Positions 53,177-64,000 of a DNA stretch of 64,000 nucleotides are shown in pieces. This DNA is from Monocercomonoides exilis PA203 (lineage: Eukaryota; Protista; Preaxostyla), in contig LSRY02000034.1 of assembly GCA_001643675.2 (NCBI GenBank), forward strand, positions 1 to 64,000. The letters are read 5' to 3'. Under the pieces are notes generated by a model. It was not told the origin of the DNA. It saw nothing but the letters and a program-made list of their open reading frames with translations, and did not search any database. Both the position numbers and the translations under genes were made by a program. Positions within the stretch are counted from its first letter, which is position 1. Every line of letters starts with the position of its first letter.

Positions 53177-54537
53177 ATGGAATTCTACTCAAAAAAACCA
53201 TCTTCTGAGCAGCTCGAGGATTTTTTGCAAATTGCTCAATGCCTTTCAATAACCAATTCTGTGACAACTCAACTTCCTTTAATTTCTCAATCTGATTATG
53301 AGGAGATTATAACGACTATTAGACACCAAACTACACAATTTGGTCTTATGTTTTTTGATGATGATCCAATAAAACCTGAACATTGCTCAGAATTATGTAC
53401 TCCTCTTGCAAATTCTTTGATTGCATTTTCAAGTGCCTTGACTCATCTTATCGTTCATTCACCAGAAAATATGAAAAACACAATCACCGACCTTTTCAAT
53501 CAACTTATGGCGAATATTGTCGTAATGCTTCGTGCAGCTAAAATACATAATCGGACTGAGAAGAGACGAACAGTTAAAAAAGGTTTTACTTCTATTTTCA
53601 AATCAATAAAACAATATAACATAATTGTTTATAAACAGAAAAACAGGCTCCTCTTGTGGCAAAAGTTTGGAAATGCTGCGACGACTTAAAAAATTTAAAG
53701 GTTACACATGTAAGTATGACGGCTTTTGCTCTTCAAGGAGTTATCGGAAGATTAGTTGATGCTGTTTCTGAATTCACTGAAATCATCAAACGAAACGAGA
53801 AACACATGAAAAAGGCAGATGATGAAGATGATGTAGAATTTGAAGATGATGAAGATGATGAAGATTTCGATGATTTAATTGACGATTTTATTAGCGATGA
53901 TAACAAAGAGCGCGATACATCTATTAAATCGAAGCTCGATGATCAAAAATGCAGAACAGAAAAACAAAAGAAAGAAGAAAAAGAAAACAAAATAAGAAAT
54001 TCAAGGATACTACCATTTATAATACCCATCATCAAATTATCTGGTAATTTCACAAACAAATTGAGTCAATTTATTTCGCGCTTTGAAGAAAGAGTTGAAT
54101 CTTCTAATGAAACTCCAATTGCAAGTTCTTCAACCACTCCTTCACCAATTGAACCAGCTTCTTCTTTATCATCATCATCATCAGCATCTTCGTCCTCTTC
54201 TGAGATTTCATCATCCACTCAAACACCTAATTTGTCTTTATTTTCAGAATCATTCTTCAATTGTCTTGATTCGATTGCAATTGAAGCAGAAAAACTAACT
54301 GAAATCACAGATAACATCGGAGTTGACTTGCAATTTGATGACGACTGCATTTCAAATACGGTTTTGCTATGCTCTAGTTTGAATTCACTCCTTCAGCTTA
54401 CTCATAGACTTACTGAATTCAGCTCTTCTCAATCAAAAATACCTCCATGGGTGTCTGTAGTGGAATCTTTGAAAACTTCGTTATTCGAACAACTTCGAAA
54501 AGCTGTAAGCGATCAAGGATTATCCATTGCGCTTTGA
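53177..54537 (+). CDS. GCIP/CCNDBP1-like (Grap2 and cyclin-D-interacting family) protein, 2 exons
   Basis: AKVWKCCDDLKNL...A...LVDAVSEF followed by an acidic tract resembles the GCIP-family 'G.VW..C..L' and 'L.DA..E' motifs. A short intron near 53575-53645 joins the two ORFs. Confidence 0.55.
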
Positions 54538-54634
54538 ATGTAATTTATTATTTATTTTTGAGAAATTAAAGATAAACAGAATTTACCATAATTTATTTAG
54601 TTTTTTTATTTTTTATTTCAAAGCATTTTGATCT

Positions 54635-55981
54635 ATGCTTTATTCATTGTGGAGATGCTTATTGCTCTTTATTGTTGGCAGTTTTTGTGCAAAATTAAAT
54701 GTTATGCTGCCTTTGTGGACGGTCAGTAACGATGGGATTCTCAATGAAGCTGTAACAGAGAAGTTTTCTATGTTAAAAAATCTTGATGTTCACGGAGTAA
54801 TGATTGATGTATGGTGGGGAATTTGCGAAAAAACTCCGAAAAATTATAATTTTGAAGCTTATAAAACCATTGCTGAAAAATGTAAAGAAACAGGGCTGAA
54901 GATGCAATGCGTAATGAGTTTTCATCGTTGCGGTGGAAATGTTGGAGATGACTATAATGTGTCATTGCCTAGTTGGGTCACTTCAGTTTCTGGGATTTGG
55001 TATCGAGATATTAACAAGAAAGACGATTTAGAAGTTGTTAGTCTTGCTGTTGATAATGAAACTTTGTTTGAAGGAAGAACAGCGGTCCAGCTTTATGCTA
55101 ATTTTATGGAAGCATTTAAAGAAGAAATGAAAGATTATCTGGGTTCTGTTATTGAAGAAATTCAAGTTGGACTTGGACCATGCGGTGAACTTCGCTACCC
55201 AAGTTATCAACTTGATAAGTGGACTTTTCCCGGTATTGGAATGTTCCAAACATATTCAGAACGAATGATTAAAATGTTTAAACAAGCTTCAAAAGATGCA
55301 AAACATTCTTGGGTAACTCCTCCATCGGACATTGGAAACTACAATTACACACCCGATGAATCTCCTTTTTTCCGACGTATAAACGAAGTTAATATAAATG
55401 AATACGATCGTTTTTTCCTAAAATGGTATTCGTCCATATTATTGCAACACGGACGCTCAGTGCTTACTGAAGCAGTAAATATATTTAGAAACAACTGCAA
55501 CAATAATGATGGGACAAATGTGGAAATTGCAATGAAGGTCTCTGGAATCCATTGGCTCTATCGACATCAATCACACGCAGCCGAGCTGACAGCTGGATAC
55601 AACAACGGGAAGTGGTTGGGGCAAAATGAAAAAGATTTCTACACGCAAGTCGCGGAATTATGCGCAGAATTGGGTGTTGTACTGGATTTTACTTGCTTTG
55701 AAATGTCGGATATTGAGCAGGAACCCAGCAGCATGTCATCTCCTCAGTCGCTAGTTGAACAAATTCAGAAGGCTGTACGCGTTGCTGGTGCGAAGATGTC
55801 TGCTGAGAATGCATTAGAAAGAATGGATCGTCATGGAATGAACCGAATAATAAACAATGCATGCAATAAAAAAACACCTCTTGAAGCATTTACATTTTTG
55901 AGATTTCAAGAAGAATGGATAAACGATACTCAGTTATCAGATGAAATTAAGAGATTGGCAATTATTCTCAAAAGGTGCTGA
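54635..55981 (+). CDS. Beta-amylase (glycoside hydrolase family 14) with a signal peptide
   Basis: GVMIDVWWG, SFHRCGGNVGD, GPCGELRYPSY (catalytic Glu), KVSGIHW, SHAAELTAGY, FTCFEM and AENAL (second catalytic Glu) motifs. Confidence 0.96.
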   Translation: MLYSLWRCLLLFIVGSFCAKLNVMLPLWTVSNDGILNEAVTEKFSMLKNLDVHGVMIDVWWGICEKTPKNYNFEAYKTIAEKCKETGLKMQCVMSFHRCGGNVGDDYNVSLPSWVTSVSGIWYRDINKKDDLEVVSLAVDNETLFEGRTAVQLYANFMEAFKEEMKDYLGSVIEEIQVGLGPCGELRYPSYQLDKWTFPGIGMFQTYSERMIKMFKQASKDAKHSWVTPPSDIGNYNYTPDESPFFRRINEVNINEYDRFFLKWYSSILLQHGRSVLTEAVNIFRNNCNNNDGTNVEIAMKVSGIHWLYRHQSHAAELTAGYNNGKWLGQNEKDFYTQVAELCAELGVVLDFTCFEMSDIEQEPSSMSSPQSLVEQIQKAVRVAGAKMSAENALERMDRHGMNRIINNACNKKTPLEAFTFLRFQEEWINDTQLSDEIKRLAIILKRC

Positions 55982-56180
55982 ATAACAGATTCATTTCAAC
56001 CATCATAATTAGTTTCTTCACTCTTTAATTGATGAGGCTGTTCATAAGAAAATAATATATCCCATAAGCAAGTTTTTGATATTTTTATTGACCTCCTGTT
56101 TCATCTTGAAATAAAATTTCTTTTATTTTGATTTATTATTTAAGTTATATTTATAATTTTAATACCAACTTACATAAAAA

Positions 56181-57019
56181 ATGGTATGAATTTTTTATAT
56201 TGATTCGTTTTTTTGTGAATTATAAATATATGCAATTTAAAGTCAGGAAGTCAAAAAAGGAGTTTTAATTTTCATGAAGATAAACTTAGAGAATCAGATA
56301 TTTCAAGCTACAAAGGAAAGCATCATTCAGAAACAGTACCAACTTTTTCTTCAAGAAGTTCACATTTCAATGAAAGCATTTCACCATCGCAAAAAAGTGC
56401 GACATTTTCACCAAAATTATTTAAAGAACAACATGTACAATCTTTGATGGATGAAAAACCTTTTCCATCCCGCGAATTAGGTGGTGGAATGGTATTAAAA
56501 AGTTCAATTCCTATATTCGAAGGATTTGAATATGGAGGTCAAGTTACAGAATCATCAGACATACCCCAGCTTTCTTCACAAAACCATTCTTTGATTACTT
56601 CTATATCTGCTTTTGGATCACAACCACGTGAATCAAGGAGTGAACGCACTTCATCACTTCAGCTGAAATCAGATTCAAAAAGTAAACATGAAAAGTCAAA
56701 GAAACACCATCATTCACATCACCACTCCAATTCAAGACGTCGAAGCGTTTCTTCTTCTTATTCAAGATCAACATCGATATCTTCCACTTCATCAAATTCA
56801 TCAAGATCCTCATATTCCAAAAGGCACCATAAATCTACAAAAGGAAAAGAAAAAACCGAACATAAAAGAACTAAAAAGCATTCACATCATAGAGAATATC
56901 ACCATAACAGGAAAAGAGAAAACGAAAGTGAGGATGACAGCGAGATCGATCCTGTTTTAATGAAGAGACTTTCGGTTCAAATCAAAAAATGGATTGAAAA
57001 ACAAGCAGCAGAACAATAA
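56181..57019 (+). CDS. Ser/His/Lys-rich low-complexity hypothetical protein (first coding exon is the ATG alone)
   Basis: ATG|gtatga...tttaaag|TCAGGA (intron 56184-56242) is in frame with ORF 56444-57019. Confidence 0.7.
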
Positions 57020-57144
57020 AAAAATTTATTATTATTTTTTTATTAAATATATTTTAGTTTTTTTGATGAGGAAAATTTTCTTTCTTTGGACAAAGACAAT
57101 TATACATATGGTTAGATCATTTTTTTGTTTTCTTATATTTCAAA

Positions 57145-60100
57145 ATGCAACGTATAAATGTTGCTAATCCATTTCAAAAAATTCAGATATCATTTATCAT
57201 GACTAAGGTTGAGCTTGAACGATTAAAAGAGATTGAACGATTTCAACAATCACTTTTGGATCAATCCAATTATTATCATGAAAGTCTTTCCAAAACGGAT
57301 GAAAAACCAAATACTTTTATGAAGAAAGATAGAAAGAAATGGTGGATGCGTGAACTTATTAAAGCTGAAATGGAAGAAGAAGAAGATGATGACGAACAAA
57401 ATGCAAACAAAAAAATGCATGATAAAAATCAAAGAAAAAGAATCCAGCATCTCAGAAATAGATATTACAAATCATTTGAATCAACTTCAAGTGACACAGA
57501 TACTTATTGTTCTTCTCATCCTATTTCAGAAAGTTTTCTAAGAAAAAATAAACGTGGACGATCACCTGTTTCAAAACACCATGTAGATTTTCGTTTTCAT
57601 AAGGACAGGAAGAAGAAATACAATTCAAAAAGTTTAAGCAATGATTCAACTGAACGGATTTTAACCGATAGATCTGAATCCAGATCTGCTTCTGAATCAT
57701 CATACTCTTTTGATGCAGAGTCAGATAATCAGATGTCACCTTGCAAGCGTGAGAAAGTAATGACCTTGTCAAAGACTCAAGGTCAAAGTGAACGAAGCTC
57801 GCATTCCAAGAAGAAAAATCACGACTTAACACAGGATAATGACGAAAGCTCAAAAGATCAATCTTCATCGGTAAACAAGATTGACAAGAAGAAACCAAGC
57901 TCTTCATCCTCAGAAACAATGACCCCTGAGGCACAAAAACTCAAGCCGTCAACGAAAGCAGCAGACAAAAAATCCTCCATGGCCTCAAACTACGTTGACA
58001 TTGAAGCTGAGTCAGCACCTGTGAAAAAGTCTGAGTTTGGCACGGTGTCTCGGCGGAACACGTCTTTCACATTCAAAAAGCCTGCGCTACCGAAACTGGC
58101 GCAGCCATCGCCGATTGTCATCCGGTCGCCCACACTCGCAGAAAGCACAGGGAAGCTGAGCAGCTCAGGATCATCATCATCATCATCTTCGACGTCTACT
58201 TCTTCATCTTCTTCTTCACTGTCTTCTATGCTTAATCAACAAACAAGTGGAGATAATTCCTCCTCCTCCTCCTCTTCTGCTGCTTTTCCAAACCCATTTG
58301 CATCGTCGTCATCTCCGTCATCGTCATCGTCTTCTTCTGAATCCAAAGAGAAACCAAACCCACTTTCCAATCCTTTCGAAACATTATCGAACAAATCATC
58401 ATCCTCATCGTCTTCTTCTGAATCTGAAAAATCTTCCTCAACAGACTCCTCATCCGTCATTGCGCCCAACCAATTCCTCTCGTTATCTAACCCAAGCTCA
58501 TCTTCATCATCATCATCATCATCTTCTTCCACTCCTGCCGTCGATCCAGCATCCAACCCCTTCGCCTCATTTGTGACATCGTCTGCTGATTCTTCAAAGT
58601 CTTCCAGTTCATCTTCATCAGCCGACAAGCCATTTGACCCTGCTTCGAATCCGTTCTTAACCTCCAACACGAACAAAGACTCTTCTTCTTCTTCTTCTTC
58701 TTCTTCTTCCCCTTTCTCTTCATTAGCGTCATCCACTCCAGCCGTCGACCCAGCCTCCAACCCGTTCCTTTCAGCATCCAATGCAGCAGCAGCACAAACT
58801 TCCTCCTCTGCCCCTTCTTCTTCTTCTTCTTCTTCTTCTTCTTCTTCTTCTTCTTCTTCTTCTTCTGCTCCATCTTCCTCAAACGCAGCAAATTCAACAG
58901 AAACCTCTGCATCTTCCAGCACATCATCTGATTCTTCGGCACCACCGCCTCCATCATTTTCCAACCCGTTTGCTTCGTTTGTCAGCACTCCCAATACAAA
59001 TGCTAGTGGCTCATCATCTTCTTCAACATCAACATCATCATCAGGAAACGCAGGTTCTTCTTCTGCCAGTCCATTCCCCAATCCATTCGAGACGGTCAAA
59101 TCGACTCCACAAGCATCTCCTTCACAAGAGCAACCTGCAAATGCTTCTGCAACTGCTTCTGCTTCCACTCCATTTGCTGCCAACAGTTCTGCTTCTCTTC
59201 CAAACACAACGCCAGCAGCTGCAACAACGACAAATGCAGACAGTTCTGCTCTGGCCAACCCGTTCGCTTCATTCGCTGCCTCTAGCACGCCGGGCGCTTC
59301 AAGCGCTTCAGCTACACAACCCACAGCTAACACATCTAATGGACTTTTGCCTGGAAACACTGCACAACCATCACCAACAGCCAACACTGGAGCTGCGAAT
59401 AATAACAATAATAACAATAATGCCATTGGATCTACACCTGCTGCAACGCCCTGGGGAACGAGCCTTCCTGGCAGTTCTCCATTCGGAACACCCGCTGCAG
59501 CAGCAACTGCTTCAGCTGCCCCTGCCTCCACTCCCACAACTACCACCACTGCAGCAGCAGCTCCTTCTGCTTCTGCCTTGCAGTCCACACCAGCTCCGCC
59601 TTCATTCATCGACCCATCGTCCAACCCGTTCCTCGCTGCTGCCACGAATTCTGCGCTTGCTGCTGCCAATGCCAGCACAACAGGATTGCCGGCAAACAGC
59701 TCGTCTGCTCTGCCTCAGTCTACCCCTTCCCAAACACCTGCCACTGCTGCTGCTCCCGCTGCTTCTGTGCCTTCGTCATTAGCACAGCCTCAGCTACAGC
59801 CCTCTCCCTTTGGCACGACTGCACCCACAACCACGTTCGACCCCGCAGCCAATCCATTTACTCAGCCACAGACGTCACTCACAAACCCTGCTGCTGCTGC
59901 TCCTAGCAATAACACCATTTCTTCCAATCCAGCGGGACAATCGTCCATCTTCAATCCGTTTTCCTCTGCTGCTCCTGCACCTGCCGCTTCCACCACTGCT
60001 GTTCAACCACCTTCACTCACCCCTGGCCAGCCCATTGGTAGCGGTGTTGCACCAGCCATTGGAGGAGGGCTGGGAGCGTTCCCAGGCAGCACTGGGATTG

Positions 60101-60807
60101 GAACAGGGTTTCCCTCAGCCGCAGGCACAGGGATCGGAGCAGCGCAACAGAACATCATGCCGAACCCGTTTGGGAATACGTTTGGGCAGCCTGCTGCGGC
60201 GGCTGTGGGTGCTCCGTCAGTCAATGCGACTGCACAGGGGATCAGCAACACTCAACAGAGTGGCAGCATCTTCTCGCTGAATGCGCAGCCGCAGCAGCCG
60301 GCGAACTCGCTGTTCACAGCACCCACTGGCGCTGCTGCTGCGATGTCGTCGGCGTTCCCCTCACTCACACAGAACAACAACAACAATAACAACAATGCCA
60401 ACTCTATTTTCTCCTCTGCCCAACCTGCACAGCCAGCTATTTCGAACCCGTTTTCCAGTTCTGTGGGAGCGCCAGCACCTGCCCAGCAGCCGTTTGGGAC
60501 AGGATTCGGAGGCATTGCTGCTGCTGGTGTTGGAGCTACTCCCTTCTCAGGCGCGTCTTCTCTTCCTTCTGCAGCTGCTCCTTCTGCTTTGGGCGGTGGC
60601 TCAATGTTTGGTGGGGTTAGTCAGACACCTGGGTTTAATAGTGCCAGCAGCTCTGTCAATCCGTTCTCCACAAGCGCGTCGACTTTCTCGCTGAACGGTC
60701 CGATTGCGTTCACAGGGTTTTCAGCGGGAAGCAGCGCGGGGGTAGAGAGTTCTGTTGCTAGTCTGCTTGGAAACAACAAAAACTCGAGAAAGCGAAGAAG
60801 TAGATGA
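57145..60807 (+). CDS. Large intrinsically disordered Ser/Ala/Pro-rich protein with ~15 NPF motifs and a basic C-terminus (nucleoporin-like or EH-domain ligand)
   Basis: 1220-aa ORF with repeated DPASNPF/xNPF and several FG motifs near the C-terminus, ending in NSRKRRSR. The true start may be the ATG at 57199. Confidence 0.75.
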   Translation: MQRINVANPFQKIQISFIMTKVELERLKEIERFQQSLLDQSNYYHESLSKTDEKPNTFMKKDRKKWWMRELIKAEMEEEEDDDEQNANKKMHDKNQRKRIQHLRNRYYKSFESTSSDTDTYCSSHPISESFLRKNKRGRSPVSKHHVDFRFHKDRKKKYNSKSLSNDSTERILTDRSESRSASESSYSFDAESDNQMSPCKREKVMTLSKTQGQSERSSHSKKKNHDLTQDNDESSKDQSSSVNKIDKKKPSSSSSETMTPEAQKLKPSTKAADKKSSMASNYVDIEAESAPVKKSEFGTVSRRNTSFTFKKPALPKLAQPSPIVIRSPTLAESTGKLSSSGSSSSSSSTSTSSSSSSLSSMLNQQTSGDNSSSSSSSAAFPNPFASSSSPSSSSSSSESKEKPNPLSNPFETLSNKSSSSSSSSESEKSSSTDSSSVIAPNQFLSLSNPSSSSSSSSSSSSTPAVDPASNPFASFVTSSADSSKSSSSSSSADKPFDPASNPFLTSNTNKDSSSSSSSSSSPFSSLASSTPAVDPASNPFLSASNAAAAQTSSSAPSSSSSSSSSSSSSSSSSAPSSSNAANSTETSASSSTSSDSSAPPPPSFSNPFASFVSTPNTNASGSSSSSTSTSSSGNAGSSSASPFPNPFETVKSTPQASPSQEQPANASATASASTPFAANSSASLPNTTPAAATTTNADSSALANPFASFAASSTPGASSASATQPTANTSNGLLPGNTAQPSPTANTGAANNNNNNNNAIGSTPAATPWGTSLPGSSPFGTPAAAATASAAPASTPTTTTTAAAAPSASALQSTPAPPSFIDPSSNPFLAAATNSALAAANASTTGLPANSSSALPQSTPSQTPATAAAPAASVPSSLAQPQLQPSPFGTTAPTTTFDPAANPFTQPQTSLTNPAAAAPSNNTISSNPAGQSSIFNPFSSAAPAPAASTTAVQPPSLTPGQPIGSGVAPAIGGGLGAFPGSTGIGTGFPSAAGTGIGAAQQNIMPNPFGNTFGQPAAAAVGAPSVNATAQGISNTQQSGSIFSLNAQPQQPANSLFTAPTGAAAAMSSAFPSLTQNNNNNNNNANSIFSSAQPAQPAISNPFSSSVGAPAPAQQPFGTGFGGIAAAGVGATPFSGASSLPSAAAPSALGGGSMFGGVSQTPGFNSASSSVNPFSTSASTFSLNGPIAFTGFSAGSSAGVESSVASLLGNNKNSRKRRSR

Positions 60808-61040
60808 AGCTGACATTTCACGAATTTTTTAAATGATTAAAATAAATTCACTACAAGTTCATCAAATTTTGTTAATATCCTTAAATATGGACAAATCATT
60901 TCATCAAGTATTCAATAGAAAAATAGAATTAAATTATCTGTTTTTCAATAATTTTTTTGATATATTTTTATTATGGCTGAATTTGAAAGAATCTTTTTTT
61001 TTTTAAAAAACAATTTTTAGTGGAATTGTCAACATTTAAT

Positions 61041-63266
61041 ATGCATTCCGATGAAGAGAAATTTGACAATATTCCAGGAAGTGTTGGTGAATCTATCCTC
61101 ATTAACACAAATTGTTTCACACAAAATAATCCATCACTTTTTCCATCTGAAAAAAGCAACTTTGAAAATTTCACAAAACCACAAGATAAAAATTTTGATG
61201 ATGCTCGCGTGCCAATAACAAATGAAGAGAAACAAGAGCCTACTTGCAAAGAAATTAATGACTTTGAACAAACTGATAAAAGCAAGCTGAAACAACGTCA
61301 AGACATCAAATATGAAATTTTACAATTAAAAGAATTATTAAGATTGATGAAAGAAGAAGAAAATTTGCTTTCAAGGCGATTAATAAGATCCAAAACAAAA
61401 AAACAAGAACAACACGTTCATGAACCTCGAAATTTCAGAGATGAAAAATGCTCATCAAAGCTAACTAATGAGGACTTATGTAACATAATTAAGACATTGA
61501 CGACCCCTTATAATGCGGCAAGGATTATCGACCATAAGACACAAAACATACCAATTCGACAGATTTCGAATCATGATGATTTAACACCTTCACCACATGA
61601 ACAAAAGCCATACGGAGACTTTCCCATTCAGAATGATAAAGATGAAGATGAAGATATTTTTGACCAACACGAGAAACGTGTTGCAAGGTCAAAAAAAGAG
61701 AGTGCCAAAAAGAATTATTCGACATATGATGATGAAGGTGTTGTTTGTCATAAATGCCATCATGTCCACCATCATATTCATTCGTCTAAATCAAGAAATA
61801 GACACAATCATTTTGATGGAACTTTATTTAAAAACAAAAGAATATCTGATAATTGTGAAGTTATGAAAGAAAGTGAGAAAGAAGATATTTACAAAACACA
61901 AAGGAGGCAGACAAGAAAAGACTCAGAATTATTGCTCACACCAACACACAGAGACTGCAGAGGAGAATGGGCTGTTCGAACGATTACGAGCAAAAGAAAG
62001 GATTACGTCGGAAATGAAAAATTCCTTACGAAAGAAAATCGAGAAGATGAAAAGCGAGAGGAATTAGAAAGTTATTATCAAATAAAAACAGAAATAGAAG
62101 AGCGAGGCAACGTTAAAGATGAATATAGAAATTCAGAATATGCAGATGATAGCGATAATAGCGATGAAAATGAAGAGAATGAAGAGAATGAAGAAGAACA
62201 AGAAGACGTCGAAGAGGAAGTTGAAGATTACAAAAAAGAAAAAAAATCCAAAATTACGAATGAAATTGAAAAAGAGACACAACAAAAGATGTTGTTTTCT
62301 CCAAGCTTAACCAATTCGTGCACATCACCAATACCAAAAAGCCATCCTGATTCACATTTCACCTCTGGGGAAACAGAACATTATACAACACATGATTCAG
62401 AAAAGCCGAAGCAATCTGATAACATTCAAAGCAGTATAATGAATCGCTCCCCACAAAAAACATATCCTTTTGGCAGTGATTATTTTCAAAGCAAAGAAAA
62501 TCAAAAAGAAGAAGGAACGCAAACTGAAGAGAGCAACGAGGCAAAACCGCTGGAGCAATCACCACAAAGAACAGCAATTTCTGTGCAAGAGAATGGAGAA
62601 TGCTTATCTCCCCATTTGCCAATGGAATCATCTCTTCAGAGCCACTCCCCTCTGGCCAATACAAGATACAAAGACATTTCACAGGGAAGCTGCGGTTCTG
62701 CTCGAAAACCTGCGTCTATAGGGCAAATTCAAGTGCCCTTGTCGCTTGAAGACATTATGCCTCTTCAATGTTTTTCTTCTCTATCAATTCCGGTGGAGCA
62801 CCATCTTTCAAGAAATGCAAGCCCAAAGGAATCACATGCATCGACTGCCTTAAATTCAGCCAGCACTTATTCGGGGCTTTCGAGCCATTCATCGACTCTC
62901 ACGCCTTTATCGAATTCATCTCCCACACTTTCTTCTTCTCTTCCCTCGCTTGGAGATGATTCTTTGGCCACAACTCTTCCTTCTCTTTCTACATCGCATT
63001 CAACACGCAAATCAACAAGTCGTTCGTACCGCAGTTGCTACGCCTGCTCCCACAATTCTTCAATTGGAGAGCGTTCAACTCAGAAAAGATCTGACTCTAG
63101 AAACTCTCATTCGGCTCGTTCAACGCCTTCGACTTTTTCATCACGACTCAATTCACTGTATGATTCGACACATAGTTTGCAATCAAGAAAACAGTCTTTA
63201 ACAAACTCTACATCAATGACAACAAGCTCCTTTTCTTCTCTCCCATCTCTTTCTTCAATTTCATAA
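61041..63266 (+). CDS. Hypothetical low-complexity protein (short coiled coil, acidic tract, Ser-rich tail)
   Basis: Uninterrupted ORF of ~740 aa from the ATG at 61041. Confidence 0.7.
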   Translation: MHSDEEKFDNIPGSVGESILINTNCFTQNNPSLFPSEKSNFENFTKPQDKNFDDARVPITNEEKQEPTCKEINDFEQTDKSKLKQRQDIKYEILQLKELLRLMKEEENLLSRRLIRSKTKKQEQHVHEPRNFRDEKCSSKLTNEDLCNIIKTLTTPYNAARIIDHKTQNIPIRQISNHDDLTPSPHEQKPYGDFPIQNDKDEDEDIFDQHEKRVARSKKESAKKNYSTYDDEGVVCHKCHHVHHHIHSSKSRNRHNHFDGTLFKNKRISDNCEVMKESEKEDIYKTQRRQTRKDSELLLTPTHRDCRGEWAVRTITSKRKDYVGNEKFLTKENREDEKREELESYYQIKTEIEERGNVKDEYRNSEYADDSDNSDENEENEENEEEQEDVEEEVEDYKKEKKSKITNEIEKETQQKMLFSPSLTNSCTSPIPKSHPDSHFTSGETEHYTTHDSEKPKQSDNIQSSIMNRSPQKTYPFGSDYFQSKENQKEEGTQTEESNEAKPLEQSPQRTAISVQENGECLSPHLPMESSLQSHSPLANTRYKDISQGSCGSARKPASIGQIQVPLSLEDIMPLQCFSSLSIPVEHHLSRNASPKESHASTALNSASTYSGLSSHSSTLTPLSNSSPTLSSSLPSLGDDSLATTLPSLSTSHSTRKSTSRSYRSCYACSHNSSIGERSTQKRSDSRNSHSARSTPSTFSSRLNSLYDSTHSLQSRKQSLTNSTSMTTSSFSSLPSLSSIS

Positions 63267-63765
63267 GAGTTTTAAATCTAATTTTTGATCAAAGACCTTT
63301 ACAAATTTCTTTCTTTATTTTTTTTTGATGTTATTTTAATAAAGATGAACGTAGTATCGAAAGGACATAATTTATTATATTCCAAAGAAAGAATTTATCG
63401 AATAATCAAACAAACATTTTCAATAGAACTTGATTATGATTTATTTTGTAATGAATGCGAAAAAGGCATTGCAGGCGTGATGAACGACATTGTATATTTT
63501 GCCATGAAGATTGTCAAAGGGGAGCTTATCCAAAGTGATAAAGCAATACATTTAATTGAGATGATTTTCTATATTTTTGGTAGATTATCGTTGTTTTCAC
63601 GCATATATGGTAAATCTCTCGAAAAAGGTTCAAGCGCAAATGAATTTCAGCCTTATGGAATAGACATTGACACATTGAATAAAAATGATAATTTTTGTGT
63701 GCTGTCCAGAATGTTTTATTTATTTAATTTGTTTCTTCATTCATTCATTCTTTTTAAATATACAG

Positions 63766-64000
63766 ATCATTTGAAAATCTCATTTGGCAAAGAAGCTTAT
63801 ATATCATTGTTCATATTAAAATCTATAAATCGTGCAAATAAATTGCCTATTAGACAATTTATTTCAAATATATCAAACAGAAACGAAATATCTGATCAAA
63901 CAGAAACCGAATTATCTACAACACATTCAAGCAACTTGTTTCCTATTTTGTTACAAACTGTTCTCAGCGAGGAGGAGGAGGAGGAAGAAGAAGAAGAGGA
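63766..64000 (+). CDS. Partial exon of a gene running off the window end
   Basis: An acceptor (tacag) is followed by the open frame HLKISFGKE...LSEEEEEEE up to the window edge; upstream exons are unresolved. Confidence 0.4.

Noticed and set aside
1-64000. Alternative nuclear genetic code (TAR=Gln) for host genes
   Set aside because: Conserved genes (RPS2, ferredoxin, eIF1) end at TAA at the expected positions and have no internal TAA or TAG.

Overview
Intron-rich eukaryotic genomic DNA with AT-rich intergenic sequence, the standard genetic code and GT-AG introns. The gene content (a bacterial-type 2[4Fe-4S] ferredoxin, giant Cys/Gly-rich receptor-pseudokinase genes, poly-Ser microsatellite proteins) suggests an anaerobic metamonad protist, probably an oxymonad like Monocercomonoides; this is inference. 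Recognisable genes: ferredoxin, transportin-1, 40S ribosomal protein S2, eIF3j, eIF1 (absent from the ORF track), a GCIP-like protein, a GH14 beta-amylase, an LRR/coiled-coil protein, a coiled-coil protein, an NPF-repeat protein and several hypotheticals. Accessory content: (i) a ~12.4 kb intronless receptor-pseudokinase gene (2155-14598, minus strand) split only by ~15 small deletions in homopolymer or dinucleotide runs, with an AT-rich N-terminal cassette; (ii) a decayed pogo-type DDE transposase that contains an intron; (iii) a decayed Merlin/IS1595 transposon with remnant TIRs; (iv) a ~4.1 kb TA-flanked, TIR-bounded element (47561-51663) whose cargo is a truncated, nonsense-disrupted paralog of the giant receptor, a candidate Pack-type transposon that moves receptor-gene segments. 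All translations and alignments were done by eye; no database searches were run.
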